Assembly (NCBI GenBank): GCA_977030845.1
Contig: OZ365109.1
Location: forward strand, 26,350,001-26,414,000
Direction of reading: 5' to 3'
DNA length: 64,000 bases
Origin: Fimbriosthenelais zetlandica
Lineage: Eukaryota
Under the pieces are notes generated by a model. The model did no database searches. It saw only the letters and a program-made list of their open reading frames with translations, and was not told where the DNA came from. Shown here piece by piece: positions 1 through 12,916 of the stretch. The translations under genes and the position numbers were made by a program. Within the stretch, counting starts at the first letter, position 1. Each line of letters begins with the position of its first letter.

Positions 1-2294
1 AAGGGACAGCGGGAGAGACCGAGAGGAAGATAATGAGTAAATGAGTGATTAAAAAGCAGCTACTAAATTAAAGCAGAATTTAAATGGAGAAAGGCCCCCA
101 AAAACAATCAAATGAAAGGGAAATAAGAAAAGCACCAAACACCGAGGAAATAATAATTCTCATGTTTTTATAAATCAATCTTAACCATACCCTTTCAGAA
201 GAGGGCGATTACTTTCTGAATGCCATCCATTTTAAAGTCAAGCGATAACTTTTTCGTCAAATGAAAGGCCAAGTGCATTGCACTGTGTCAAAAAGCTCTC
301 CAAAAAGTGGACAAAGAAAAAAGTGAATTAAAAGAAAAGTGTGGCAAAGTTTTTATCAGCGTTTCAAATTAGGAGAGAGAACGTTTTCCATGAACTTTAT
401 CCTAGTTGTTGGGTTGTTTGGTTTGCAGGCAATAAGATATCACTTGCAGCCTTTGGCCAGGAACGCCGAACTGAGAAACTTTGACATTCATTTCAGCATG
501 TGTGCAACCGCTACTCCGAACATGAGAATTGTGAAAATAAAGGTATTCATATTTCTCATAACGAACAGACTGGGACTCGTATTATGATGATGAGCCTTAT
601 ATTACAAGTGAGAGGAGCAGATTATGAGTTGGGTGGGAATGTGGAGAATAGGGGTAGGCAGGCAAGGTGTCGAGGATGGAAGGACAGGAATCTGAGAGAA
701 TCGGTGTGTTGGAAAGGTGAGACGAATGGACATAACAGATAGAGGGATCAGGAAAGTACGGGAAGAAAAGAGGAGGCTCGGGGAAAGAGAAAAGAAAGGA
801 AAAGAAGATAGGGATGGGAGTATGAATGCGGGGAGGGGGGATCACCTTGAGTCGGCGGGTCTAGAACTAGTCCATCTCCCACATTAAGTGCTAGGAAACA
901 CTTTATCTGCTGCCACCCTCCATGGGAACCATGGACATTATTGCCAGGACTTTGAGCAGAAAATCCCTAATCGATGGAACTGCCTGTCCAAATTGGCGGA
1001 GACACGTAGCCATAGATAAAGCAGACCACAATATTGCCGTTCCCATATTAAAACACTTCCATTCCTCAACAATCTCGGGTGGGGATCCCTGAGTCGCATT
1101 GTCCAAGACTGGAAAGCAAATTAAGACTACAAAGCGATCTCAGACTAATTTTGTTCAGTTTTTTTTTCGGGGGAGGTATTAGATAGTTATTAAAGTCTAT
1201 CCGAGCTCTCGGCATGGCTTAGGATGGAAATGTAAAAATCAATACTTTGATACTGAATATAACGTGTTGCTTTCCAAAGTTGGGGAAAGGCAGATATATG
1301 AACAGATAGATGTTGAGACCTAAAAGAAGGACAATCAACATAGACTGGAACATAACTTGGAAAGGATCAAGTTTTTACACAATATTAAGAAACATAAAGT
1401 AATATAATAACATATAGATGCAGAGGGAAAGGGAAGAACGAGAGAGAAGTCAAGGTAAGGATACGACTGCCAGGAGGATTTGGACGAATGTAACTCAAAG
1501 AATTAGCTCAAATTGCCAGGAAATACAAGCTTTCTCATTATTAAAATAAGAAACCGGTGTTGAGCAATGGATAGCCAATTCAGGAAATTTCTGGGTGAAA
1601 TAAAAATCTGGTTTTTATGATTGGCCATATTCTCCGAGACACGAATAAATCCTCCTTTTTTCGCCAGGCCTTTTTCAAACTTTCAAAATGTAGCTTAAAT
1701 AAGTTCCATCACAATACCCTGGAAAGTAGACCTGTGTCCAAGCGAAGTAGGTTTAGGTTTCTTTAGACAGTTATTTTTTTATCATTATTATCTTTTTTGT
1801 TATCTTTGATACAACTTGAACAAAAGTAAATGTTTCAACCAGGAGGGAAAATATAAAAATGAAACGGAGATATCATGAAGAATATTGCGAATATTAGCAA
1901 TAAATTAAAATGTTACCCATTCACAATGCAATATTTAATTCTAGGTTTCAACCTTGATATCTCTCAATCACACGTCTGCAGACAAGTAAAACGTAATTTG
2001 TGCCTCAATTGCCAATGTATATGAAGTCGGGTAGAAATGCACAATAGGCCGGTAATACAGCTTAATAATTCATGTTTTAAATTAGTCAAAACTTTAGGTG
2101 AATGACAATAAAAGGAACATGACAAAATGTAGAATTGTATATCGACCCATCAAAACCAGCGTCGTCTCAACCATATCCAATATCCTGATCATGAGAGTGT
2201 TCAAGAGAACATATTATACACATCTGATTATTGCACCGCAGCAGACAAAACGATGATTTGTGAAAAAAATACAGCATCTGGCCAAGCTACCACT

Positions 2295-2308
2295 GTTACC
2301 ATGACAAC
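2295..2308. promoter_or_regulatory. RFX X-box GTTACCATGACAAC
   Basis: Full match to GTHNYY-AT-RRNAAC; function untested. Confidence 0.45.
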
Positions 2309-4058
2309 AACAAATAATTCACACCACTGCTGATTGCATCTCCACGGCCTCCGGAATGTACTTAAGGTTTTATCTTGTTTCTCTACCTCTTATATCTGCA
2401 TGGGGAGTTAGATTTAGTCGGGGCTTTTTATTTTGACGGGGTTTTAGAATCGATTACCAGCAACTTAACTTGTGAGTTCAGAAAAGAGCATTTAAGTTTT
2501 TGAAAAATATGGCAGTCGGGGAGTGGGGTAAGATTAGTTCTGGTACAAGTTAAATGAAGAAATATTTTGGTTATATAAAGAGAGGGAAGAAGATCACGCT
2601 AGCAATGCGACTCAGGACTGACTGCCCGGCCGACCGACCAAAACGCAGGCAAGTGTACCAAGGCATAAAATATTCAGCCATCTCCTAAAACACAGGAGTT
2701 AGGTTACTGTCAAATGCAGCTAATTATCTCAACACCTTATCTTCGATTCTTTACAATTTTCTTAACAAGGAGGAAGATAATACAACAATTGACTAGCCGT
2801 GCTGAGGAGGCGGCCATTGATGATTATTTTTGGCACACTTCATTATTGAGGGATTGAGAGAATGGATGAGGGATGGAGGGAGGGAGATAAGGGAGGGATG
2901 AGAAGGGATTAAAATCTAAACCTTACTCAGGCTCGTCTCCCTGCCTGGTCTTTGTGTGGGGTGTGATTATCTTCATCATATGGCTTGTCATATCGTTATG
3001 TTTACAGTCAAGAAAAGCATCTCTGACTTAACAGTCTTAAATCGCTCATGGATAATTCTCAGTCGACCGTACTAAAATATGGCACATTTTCCGTCTGCAG
3101 ACATGTCAAAATGACCTCCTTTTTTATAAGTATTGCGTCAGATTAAATGAATTTTGAGGAGGGGAGCTCAAACACATCTCGGTTTCTAAAGCAGAAAAAT
3201 GTATCGAAGGGAGAAGGATCTACCGGTAAATGGACAGAGCCATGGTTTGGCAGAATTAGAATAATTTGAAAAATTATAATGAATGCATGCTAATGTAAGA
3301 GTGAAAGGAGAGCGAGGGAGGAGGGAGGCAATGACATAAGAGCAAGTGAAACCTCATTACACGAGAGCTCGAGGCAATTCACCCAACCAATTATCAGACC
3401 AAATTGCACATCATTAACGCCCCATTATTTTCACGTTTCTATTTCCAACTTTAATTTTACAGCCGATCACCAAACCATTTTTAGGAGGGGTTGAATAGCA
3501 AAAAAGAACTCCCCAATCTCCGAGACCAACCAGTGCTGTAAGGTCGCTGGATTCCAGAGCCGAATAAAACCCATCTCCATCAACCAACCCACCCACCCAC
3601 CAACAAGAGCTTTTCCTCAGCCCAAATCCAAGCCATAAATCGTTGGAGAGCTGGAGTTTGCGACATGTCTATCCACTCTAACACAACCTATTATGTTCAC
3701 CCGGGGGCCAATCTTGTGCATGCCGCAAAGAGAGATGAGAAATTTTCTGCGCCACTAGGTCCATTTCTAGGAAGTTGCAGGCCCATTTCTAGAAGCTTCC
3801 AGGCGCCCAGCTCTCTCACTGACCTTTACATCAAGTCATCAGGTTTTCTCTAATTTACACTTCCCCCTGATGGTCCCTCTCTCTCTCTATCTGAAAATAA
3901 CCCACTCTTCCGATTGATTCCAACACATACAGACAGGCCCTGTTTTCCTCTACCTCTCTCCTCCCTCCTCCTGCCTGTCCACTAATTTTCATATTGATGG
4001 AGAGAAATGCTGGTGACAAATAGTGAGCAAGGCAGAGGGGGCCATTGTTTTGTGACAT

Positions 4059-4090
<32 letters not shown>

Positions 4091-4097
4091 GGGGGGG
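4059..4097. repeat. (AG)11 microsatellite fused to a G-run
   Basis: Direct reading. Confidence 0.9.
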
Positions 4098-4627
4098 AAG
4101 GAGAAAGAGGGAGAGAAAGAGAGGCAGTAAGAGTTCAATATCCGATGAATATCCTTGGCAGAGATAATTTGTTTCACCATTTTTCGTTTTAATCAAACCT
4201 GAGATCACATTCGAGGATAGCAAATACATTAAAAAGGAGTACCTTCATGTTACATTAATATTTACAAGTTTCGATAAGTAGGAGTCAAGAGAGCGAGAAT
4301 AGTCCAGACTTTTAGCTTTACAAGTCAAAGGCTCTAGTTCCTAATGCAATTTCTAGGTGGAATCTGGCTATCCAATATATGGGATTATCTGGTGCTAATG
4401 GAACCCACCATTTGCCACTCCCACCTCGCGGAGATTAGGCCAAGTAACAAGCTTAGTTTAAAACACGGGGATTGGCGGCCAAGAGGAAGAGAAGGAAGAG
4501 ACGCGGCAGGAGGAGTAAGAGAATAAGAGATGTCGGAGATGAGGGGATAGGTAGTTAAGGAAGAGGTATGGGAGGGCCTTGGAGCACGTCTACACGTTCC
4601 TATTTCTACATCTCATCAGACGCCCTT

Positions 4628-4641
4628 GTAACCATGGTAAC
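4628..4641. promoter_or_regulatory. RFX X-box GTAACCATGGTAAC
   Basis: Full match to GTHNYY-AT-RRNAAC; function untested. Confidence 0.45.
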
Positions 4642-4757
4642 GCATCCAGGATGATTTCACATAAAACTTGTGTGCAGGGAAATAAAGTTGTCTCTAAATG
4701 ACCAGACTAGAGCGGGCTCTGCCAATTCCACCGATGACCATAAACACACTAATACAG

Positions 4758-4958
4758 CGAGAGAGGGGGCGAGAGAAAAGAGAAAGAGACGGAGGGAGGA
4801 GGGGGGAGAGAGAAGGGAGAGGAAAGGAGAGAGAGGGAGAGGGGGAGGGAGAGAGAGGGGGAGAGGGATAGGGTTAGAGAGGGGGATAGAGAGAGGGAGA
4901 GAGATGGAGATAGAGAAAAAGTAAGGAAGAGAGGGAGAAGGGGAGAGAGGGAGGGAGT
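4758..4958. repeat. GA-rich low-complexity tract
   Basis: Near-pure purine tract on +. Confidence 0.9.
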
Positions 4959-5616
4959 GATAAAACTGAGAATATCAAGTCACACCGATACAGTAACACA
5001 TCAGACTAACTTCCTCTATTTCATTTTAATTTACAATTTAAGTCAGAAAGATCAACTTCAGCCGCAGTTTCTACATAGATCAAATGGCAGGTCAAACAAT
5101 TACAAGCCAGTGCAAAAAGGTCAAGAATCGATGTTGCTTATTTGAAATGGAACTAAGAAAGATTAGTGTCCACACAATTAAAAGCCATATGGACTGAGCA
5201 TGCAATTGCAAAGGACAAAAACATTTTCCCAATAATTCGATCTGACTTGGATTTTTAATTTCAGATTGCAGTCATACAATATCCATTAAAACCAGGCATT
5301 TAAGTCTTAAATTTTCTGATTATACTGATGGTCTAAATTGGGCAATAATTGGAGGGCAATAATTGATTTGAATCCCTACTGCAAGCAGGGCCAATTTGTT
5401 TCGGTAAATCCACAGGAGCCTAAGGTCCTCTACAAATGATACAGGATTCAGTCAAAACCGCCTTCGCTTTGCAATACTGGGAAGCCAACTCAACAACGGA
5501 GCAATCAGAAATCTATAATATTGAAGGGAAACAGTCCACAGTGCCTTCAGCGGGTACTAGTCAACTACAATACCATGTCCCACCCGCTTCTACAAGCCTC
5601 AATAACCCCTGGACTG

Positions 5617-5675
5617 GGGTGTAGGGGTAGGGGAACAGTGGCTGGGGTAGGGGGAACAGTGGCTGGGGTAGGGGT
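5617..5675. repeat. 21-bp G-rich tandem repeat (ggggtagggggaacagtggct x2+)
   Basis: Direct reading; G-quadruplex-type spacing. Confidence 0.8.
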
Positions 5676-8600
5676 GGATGAGGGTGACAGTAGGTGTTGG
5701 CCTAGTTGAGGAACTGCGGTTAAAGAGGAAGGGTGTTAGCAATTAAATAGATGGAACAGGAGCAACCAAAGAGCCGGAGTTACATATGAAGGAGAAAGGA
5801 AAAGAGGCAGGAAACATCAGGAGTAGGGACCTGGGAATGTCAGAAGAATGGGACAGAAGAGAATGAGAAGAAGGGCAAAGATAGTGAACAGAATCTGTCT
5901 CTTGATTACTTTAAGCATCGAAAACAGCAAAATCTCACTGATCTAACAAACAGATCTCATTCCATTCTGTTCAATATGACCCAGCTGATTTCCTACCGCA
6001 TTTATTTATTTTTATTCTTATACTGGGGCGGAGTAGATTATAGAAACCAATTGGGGCCAATGGTAGTGGTTTGTAGGCCCTGGGACTGAGGCCTCTCTGC
6101 CTGGGACAATCTCTGCTCCCATCTGAAAGGCAAATCCTCCCCTGATGGGGCCATGCCACGTTAGGCCAGACTTATCAGTCGTGGGAAAATTATCAACAAT
6201 TCCTGATTGCTTTGCCTTGAGATGTGTCTGCAACGGCTCTACTGACTCTGTCATCTTGAGAAAGTGAAAAAATTGTGCAACAATGACTTCACCCAAGATG
6301 AGTCCTGACTGACAGTCCTAGATTAAAGGTTCAGGCTTCAGACTCATCCTAAAACACGCCTAACAAACTGAATATTTGTAATTTCTCTTTTGGGACTAAT
6401 TATAAATAGCGAGTCAAATTTTTCTTGTGGTAAATTGAGATTTCAGTGAGGGTGGGAAGAGCTGTCAGAGGTACATGCGAACAAGAAATGGAATGGATCG
6501 GGAGGAGAGAGGGGGGGGGGGGGGGGGGAGAGCGAAGAGGAGAACCCAAATTATCCAGCCTGCCAGACCAAGCAAACAAAGCTAGGAATATGACTGAATC
6601 AGCAGGCTGCAGTGTAGTCCTCCTCCCTCCCCGCCTTCTCAGTGAATCTCATTTGTGCCAATTGTGCCAGCGGTGCTAGCAAATGTCTTTGTTCGCCCAA
6701 TATTACATTTTCCACTTGGCAGCTTCCTATCACCAGCCATTGATAAGTGTCTGTGGTGGGCGATAACGTCAGACCCGGACCCTGCTGACAATACACTCCC
6801 TGGGCCTGACCTTCCTATTGGGGTCGAGGTCATCCTGGCTGAGGTCAGGGAAGGGAGAGCAGAAGGAAGGGAGGTGATAAGGAGTGCACGATCAGCCATC
6901 ATGACACCCTGCCATGCTCTTTCCTTCTCCACCGCTCCCGCTTGCCCGTGACGAATCCCCCTCGGTCTCGCCCCCCTCAGGAGCATTCACTTGTAGTGGC
7001 CAGAGAAGCTGAGCATTTATCATAAGGCACCACTTGTCGATTTGCATGGCAGCAATCTGCAATGATCTCAATCAAAATTTAGCTGGGAGAACAGTGCAGA
7101 ACTCAGAGCAAGTGTCTGTGTTCCCCTACCTGTATTGTATTAAATCTTTTCCCCCATGAACTTAGATCCTGCATTTGAAATTCATCAGAAAGTGTTAATG
7201 GGTAAATGGACTTAGGAAAGGGTAAAGGGTATGCTTATTCGCCTCCAGCTGAGTTCATTTTGTTACGTTTATTCAATTAACTCCACTTTATTTGGTTTTG
7301 AAGGACTTGTGTGGTAAGGTAAAGAAGGGTGGCATTTGGTCGAGTGTAGAACTTTGATGCCTCTGGCAACAAGCCACCACCAGTCCCACCGTGCAGGATG
7401 GGGCTGTTTGGCAGCACTTGACCTCCATGTCTCCTCTACTTCAGGGCTTGGGACAAGCCTATAGAAAGATGAGCTGGAGTCAGAGAGGGACAGAGAGGAG
7501 AATCACAATGCTGCACACCGTGAAACAAATACTTGGCATGTCCTCCACACTATCTCTTGTGTAAGTATAGACAGAATGGAATGACATCTGGCATGGTGTA
7601 AGATTGTTAGTGGCTTCGGTGGAGGGACTCTTGCTTTAACTCCAGGTGAGAAAAAGCCCAGAATAATAGCCTGAACCCACCGATCTACGATCTCCCTAAT
7701 ATCTGTTTTATGATCCAATTACAGCACAAATTTTAAAAGTATGTGGAATGAACTTACTGAAAAAGTATGTAGAATGAAACTACGATCATTTTTCCGTGTG
7801 CTTTGCGTTTTTCTTCATGGATTAGAAAAATCTACATCCTATTTTGAGCATGTTCAAGCAGATTGGAGGGAGATCGTAGCTCAGTGGTTTCAGGCTATAA
7901 ACCACTCCCTTTATTAATGTAAATTATTTTGATGCCACACATCACATCAAAGTTTGAATAATGTCCATAATGCTGAGCTGACACTTCAGAGCAGCCAGAA
8001 GGCAAAAAAGCTTAAGGATTTACGAAGATAACCTATGTAGTGCCAGAAAATTCCACCTTTGCTACACACGTAACCGGGAATGACATTTGTCCACCATTTG
8101 GTTCCCCATATCCCCATCCCCCGTCCACGCCTCAGGGGGGAGAGACCATTACAAATGAAACTTGACGCTGGCAGAAGGCTCGTTGCAGGCAGTCTCCATC
8201 CATCCATTATTCAACTAATCAATCAATAGAGTCACTTTGATGACATATAGATGGTCATTGATCTGTCTTTGGTTTAGTCAGGATTAGCACTATTATCCTA
8301 GCACCTTGCCTCATACATTGCACCACGTCTAGCCAGATAATATTCAAGTACAAGAAATCTATATTCCCTCAAGTATAATAGTCAAACTTTTGTATATGTT
8401 GTTATACAAAACCATTTACAACTTTGTCTAACAATTAAATTGACAAAGAAATGTTAAGTGTCTCCCCAATTTAAAATATTTAAAAAAAACCGATTCAGCA
8501 CCAATGGAAATCTGCAGCATATCACTCTTTGGTGCTGTGGGTGAAATTTGTCAGGACCTTGCACTGAGACCTCATCTAAGAACATGAACAGACACTACTA

Positions 8601-9245
8601 ATATTACGTATTAAAGCCCTGTTAAAAGTGATACTTAACCAACCTTTCAGCTCAGACATAAATTCCACTGGAAATAATTTCCAGACAGATTTTTTGTAAG
8701 TATTCTTTCTAGTTTTAGGACCACATTAGTTTTAGCTCATTTCACCGGAATATGAGCTCCACTCCACTTGGGATTTGAGGTCTTTAAAAACTCTTATAAT
8801 ATACCCATTTAAAATCACACACCAGACTCTAGTGAGTACGTATAGATACTAGCACATCCACCCTATAGTACACTGCTACTCCATCACATACAGTAATAGA
8901 CCATGAAGACACTATGATTTATAAACTAATTCACCACTTTTCTTTGTCATTTGTAGCATGATCATCTGACATTTTCAATAAATTGTATTTCTTCACAACA
9001 ATTCTAATCCGAACCAATTTTGATTGATTCTAATGCCATGTTATAAGAAGTGATCTTTTTGAATAATACCTTGAGTGATTCATTTCGATGCCAAGTCAAG
9101 GAAGAGTCCCGGGCAGTAACTACTGTGATCAACAGTGTGGGGACACCAGCGGCATGCTGCGTTTAAATAAAGGCCGAGGCAATCTAAGTACGGTGAAGTC
9201 TACAACTTGTAATTAAGGTAGGAGAAGAGTGTAATGTCCACCAAC

Positions 9246-9336
9246 CTTTTCATTTGCTGGGCTCCACGCTGGTCAGGTGCCGGTCGCTTGCGGTCCATCG
9301 CTGCCTGCATTGCAGCCATCCCACTCCGATGCATGC
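9246..9336 (-). CDS. SMARCD: SMARCD exon 3 (G-MHRSGMAAMQAAMDRKRPAPDQRGAQQMK-R/S, phase 1 to 2)
   Basis: Acceptor attttcttcatttcag, donor AAG|gttggt. Phase matches exon 2. SGM..MDRKRPAP matches recalled human SMARCD1 SGMDQSRKRPAP, and the phase-2 end just before the expected KKKK-ADKILPQ exon matches the recalled human boundary. Confidence 0.85.
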
Positions 9337-11599
9337 CTGAAATGAAGAAAATTGTACTTTATAAACTGTTAAATAAGCATGTATGCAATCCATGTCTATT
9401 GAATAAAGATTCATTTAATTGACTGCAATGAAACATATATATAATAATAATAATTAATTCCCTTCTGTTATTGAATAATTTTCCCATCCATTCGGGAAAG
9501 CCCTTGAAAAAAGTTAACCAATAAAATTCCAGGCAATATTTAACCACAATTAAGAAGAGGAGTGAACTCAAACTGCAGGATTCTAAATTGCCAATTATTT
9601 CACAAACTTTCAGGTAACCTTATTTATGTCAGGGAACCCACGTTATTTATGGTCGAAATAGTCTTGAGGGAAATAAATTTCCTCTGTATAAAAGGGTGGG
9701 GACAATGAAAAAAGACGCTGAATACTAATATCCTGACCTCTATACACCTTTTTTTATATAGGAGACAAGGACAGTTTAGCAGTAAGCATGCAGCAACATT
9801 TGAAACATGCTTCAATAGTCTCATGCAATTTTCTCCCTGAAGGAAATGGGAAAGAAATTATTGCCATAAGCTGCAACAACGCCTAAACTACAGCGATCTA
9901 AACAAAAATGTTAAAACACTTTGGCGACTAGGCCCGGATTGCTAGGATACATTTCGGTATACTTATAAGGACCCAGATCCAAATGACTACCGGTAGTTGC
10001 TAAGTAACATATTTACTTAACTACATTTATACACTTAGTAAAAATGTGAGCATTATGTTTTATCACAAACATTGAGAGTCAACCAGTCTTATATATGGTT
10101 ACACTGAAAAAGGTCGCATATGATTTCTATCCGTATTATTTCTATTGTTCCGTTCGTTCATCTAAACTATAAGAACGTAGATGATGAAGAATATTCGAGA
10201 TATTTTAGTTAAAATCGATTTCAAAAATAGATACCAATCTGGAAGCAGTTTGCTCATCAACTCACTGCAACTGGAAATTCCATGGTTCAACACCGATTTT
10301 ATTTATCCTTTAACCATAGGTGTGTTCACATTCTTGTTCCTCATTTGCAGTATTTTACGGGGTTATAATTCATAATGCAAAAAAGCCACTATTCCAAGGG
10401 CCATAACATACAAGAACCAATTCAGAGTCTGCCATTCTGATCTCCAAAAACAGATTAAGGCATCAATACATCATTTTTAACACAAGCCAGGCAAATTCCC
10501 GCATGAGGCTTTGGCCACTTTTGTAGCACAATGAGATAATTTTTAGTACAACGATAATATATGTGTCAGCTAAACGAAGGCAGTGGAAAATTTGTAAAGA
10601 AGATCTATAAGAATAGAGATGGGGGACCCCCAAAAAATAAAAATATGAGAAATACTAAACGATGACAGGTACCTTTCTTTGATTCGCCCTTTTTACCTTC
10701 AGACGAACCTTTCCGTATAAGAGAAAAGTTGAATTTTATAGGAAGTGAGCATAACGGAGAAGTCAAATTATTTTCACTTTTCAAATTTCATGTCTTTTGT
10801 GGTTAACACTAATGGAAACATCCCCTTCCGAGTCACTTGCTTTTATTCTGGAAAGCCTTGTTTTAAAATAATTAATCAGTGGTAATGTCATTATAAATAC
10901 GACTTTCAAAACTTGCAATTTCAGCATTTTATTTTTAAACAAAATAATACTTGCACACACCCACCTTTATGGGATTCTTTGGAGGCTGCTCAAAGATATC
11001 AACAAAGAGCAACATTGAATATAAAATCTTCTAATATTAAAAAAAAATGTTTTGTGACTATTTCGATAACTTCAAGGAAATTCCATGTAATTTCAAAACT
11101 TGTTTGGAGGTTATTGTTTGTGGGAACCCACCTTTACGAGCCTCTTTTTTCTCAGCAGCAGTGGCAGTGCCACTACTCGTTCCTTCCTTTGGATCAGACA
11201 TTTTGGTGACAAGATATCTTTATATAAATATCAGTCTATGTATATACTTCTTGGCAATTCCTAATCTTGGCAAAAGGGTTTATCACGCAAAATATATGTA
11301 ATATCCTAAGGTTTGTGATGAAAGAGTCAAATTCTTGACATTCAAAACTGGGAAGCCTCAATTGTCTGCAGTATGAGAAAGTGGTTGAAATTTTGCAGGA
11401 CTAAAGCATTGGTGTTGTGTAAATATATGGGATCGAGGTAGGTTAGCGTAGCCCAATGTTTATGACGATCCAAGCAAAAATCTCCAACTGCTCCTTAAAG
11501 TTGCTCTATGGATACATAACATTCAGATGTTGAGGTACAGCTATTTAAGACAAATATTGAGGCGTTGGCAATGAGAGGTAGACAATACAAAATAACAAT

Positions 11600-12300
11600 G
11601 CAAGTCTTATTTGGTTTTCTTTGGAGTTGAAGGTTGTTATTTCCTTATAGGGAAATGCGTAATAATGATCAAAGAGTGAGCATTTCAGAGTTCCTTCTTT
11701 GGAGTTCCTTCTTGCCTTTGGTGCTTTTGGGAAAAGATTTTACCCTTAACAATCCTGAGGTCCGTACGGTTCTCATCCAAACAACTGATCACAGTGAAAA
11801 TCTGGTGTGCAATCCTAGAGGTTGGTTTTTACCCTTGGTTAAAAGTTCATTTCCTAAGTTCTATCCAAGTCATTTACCCTGATCCTTGGTTGGATAAAAA
11901 TCCACATAGAAAACTTGTCCTTTCCTTCCAATAGTCAACAATATAACCCTATTCTATGGATACCCTGACGCTGACCACTTAATATGGGTCAGTACTGTGT
12001 ATAACAATCCACTTCTTAGCTTTGCATATATGAGGATTTTCTTAAACCTTTTCCCCTTGCAGTTTCTCTCTCCTTTGTTCTTTATTAATGTCCTACTGGC
12101 GGTTTTTTTTATAATTATTTTTTTGCCAATAACGATGGACGATGTTGAGGTTGTGTTGTTTTTTGAAACAGCAGATGAAATTTCTGAGGTAGGTGAATGT
12201 GTGTATATGATTCTTATTCTTTCTCTGGGAGAAGAGGTATGAAGACCAAAAAACGAGGAGAGGTATGATTTTTAAGCAGTTCAGCTTATGATACAAATGG
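11600..12300 (-). mobile_element. Decayed L1/Tx1-like non-LTR retrotransposon endonuclease region
   Basis: Minus frame NCKGKRFKKILIY...NRVILLTIGRKGQVFYVDFYPTKD resembles APE endonuclease N-terminal motifs; many stops. Confidence 0.3.
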
Positions 12301-12579
12301 TGCGAGCTTAGCACAATTTTCTTATTCACGAGCTTATGCTTCAGCAAAGATTTTATAAATATACAAAAATATCATTTGGCAGTAAAAGAGTGGTAAATTT
12401 TGTGCCCATTTGGAAGCAAGTTATTTGATAATCTAGGGCAGGGTAGAGAGTTGATCCTTGCCAATTCCAATCCCTTGCCTTTTTCCAATCAGTCCAATGT
12501 TTTTCCGCCCTTGGCACTGGAAATATCACACTCACGACTGATTTATCACAAAATTACGACCATGATGCTAAAACTGCAG

Positions 12580-12593
12580 GTTGCCATAGCAAC
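12580..12593. promoter_or_regulatory. RFX X-box GTTGCCATAGCAAC
   Basis: Canonical strong X-box; function untested. Confidence 0.5.
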
Positions 12594-12892
12594 AAGCCTG
12601 GGAGTCCCTCGGGGCAGCTGCCGTAGAGCTCTCTTTCTCTCTCATAGTACGATGACTGGTCCAATACAACTGGACCTTTCAATTGGGGATATGCACACAA
12701 ATAAATATATACCCTTCTGGGGGGTCATGCATGTGTTGCAGCTATACCCCTCAAAGTTTTACCCTGGTTCCAGAATCTAACATGGTTGCCCTCCTGCCTC
12801 ACATGGATGTTCATTCGGCGTTTGTTTGGGTGATATATCCAGTTACCCGCAGCTGGGATGGATCCAGACGCCTCCTGGTGCTATGCTAGGCC

Positions 12893-12916
12893 TGGTGGTG
12901 GTGGTGGTGGTGGTGG
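12893..12916. repeat. (TGG)8 microsatellite
   Basis: Direct reading. Confidence 0.9.

Noticed and set aside
950-1080. IG(G)DT...HNIAVPILKHFHS, a possible Penelope GIY-YIG remnant
   Set aside because: Too short and frameshifted to call without an HMM search
6599-6986. Overlapping 65-115 aa ORFs (PSGKCNIGRTKT)
   Set aside because: GC-rich intronic DNA gives long ORFs by chance; at most a faint GIY-YIG resemblance, and no BAF60 match
7875-7895. gtagctcagtggtt, a tRNA A-box
   Set aside because: No B-box or cloverleaf follows; at most a SINE scrap, not a tRNA gene
12765-12780. TGG TTC CAG AAT (WFQN), a possible homeobox helix 3 (checked because Gbx is syntenic in vertebrates)
   Set aside because: Context is KVLPWFQNLTWL, with no KIW/RR or upstream helices
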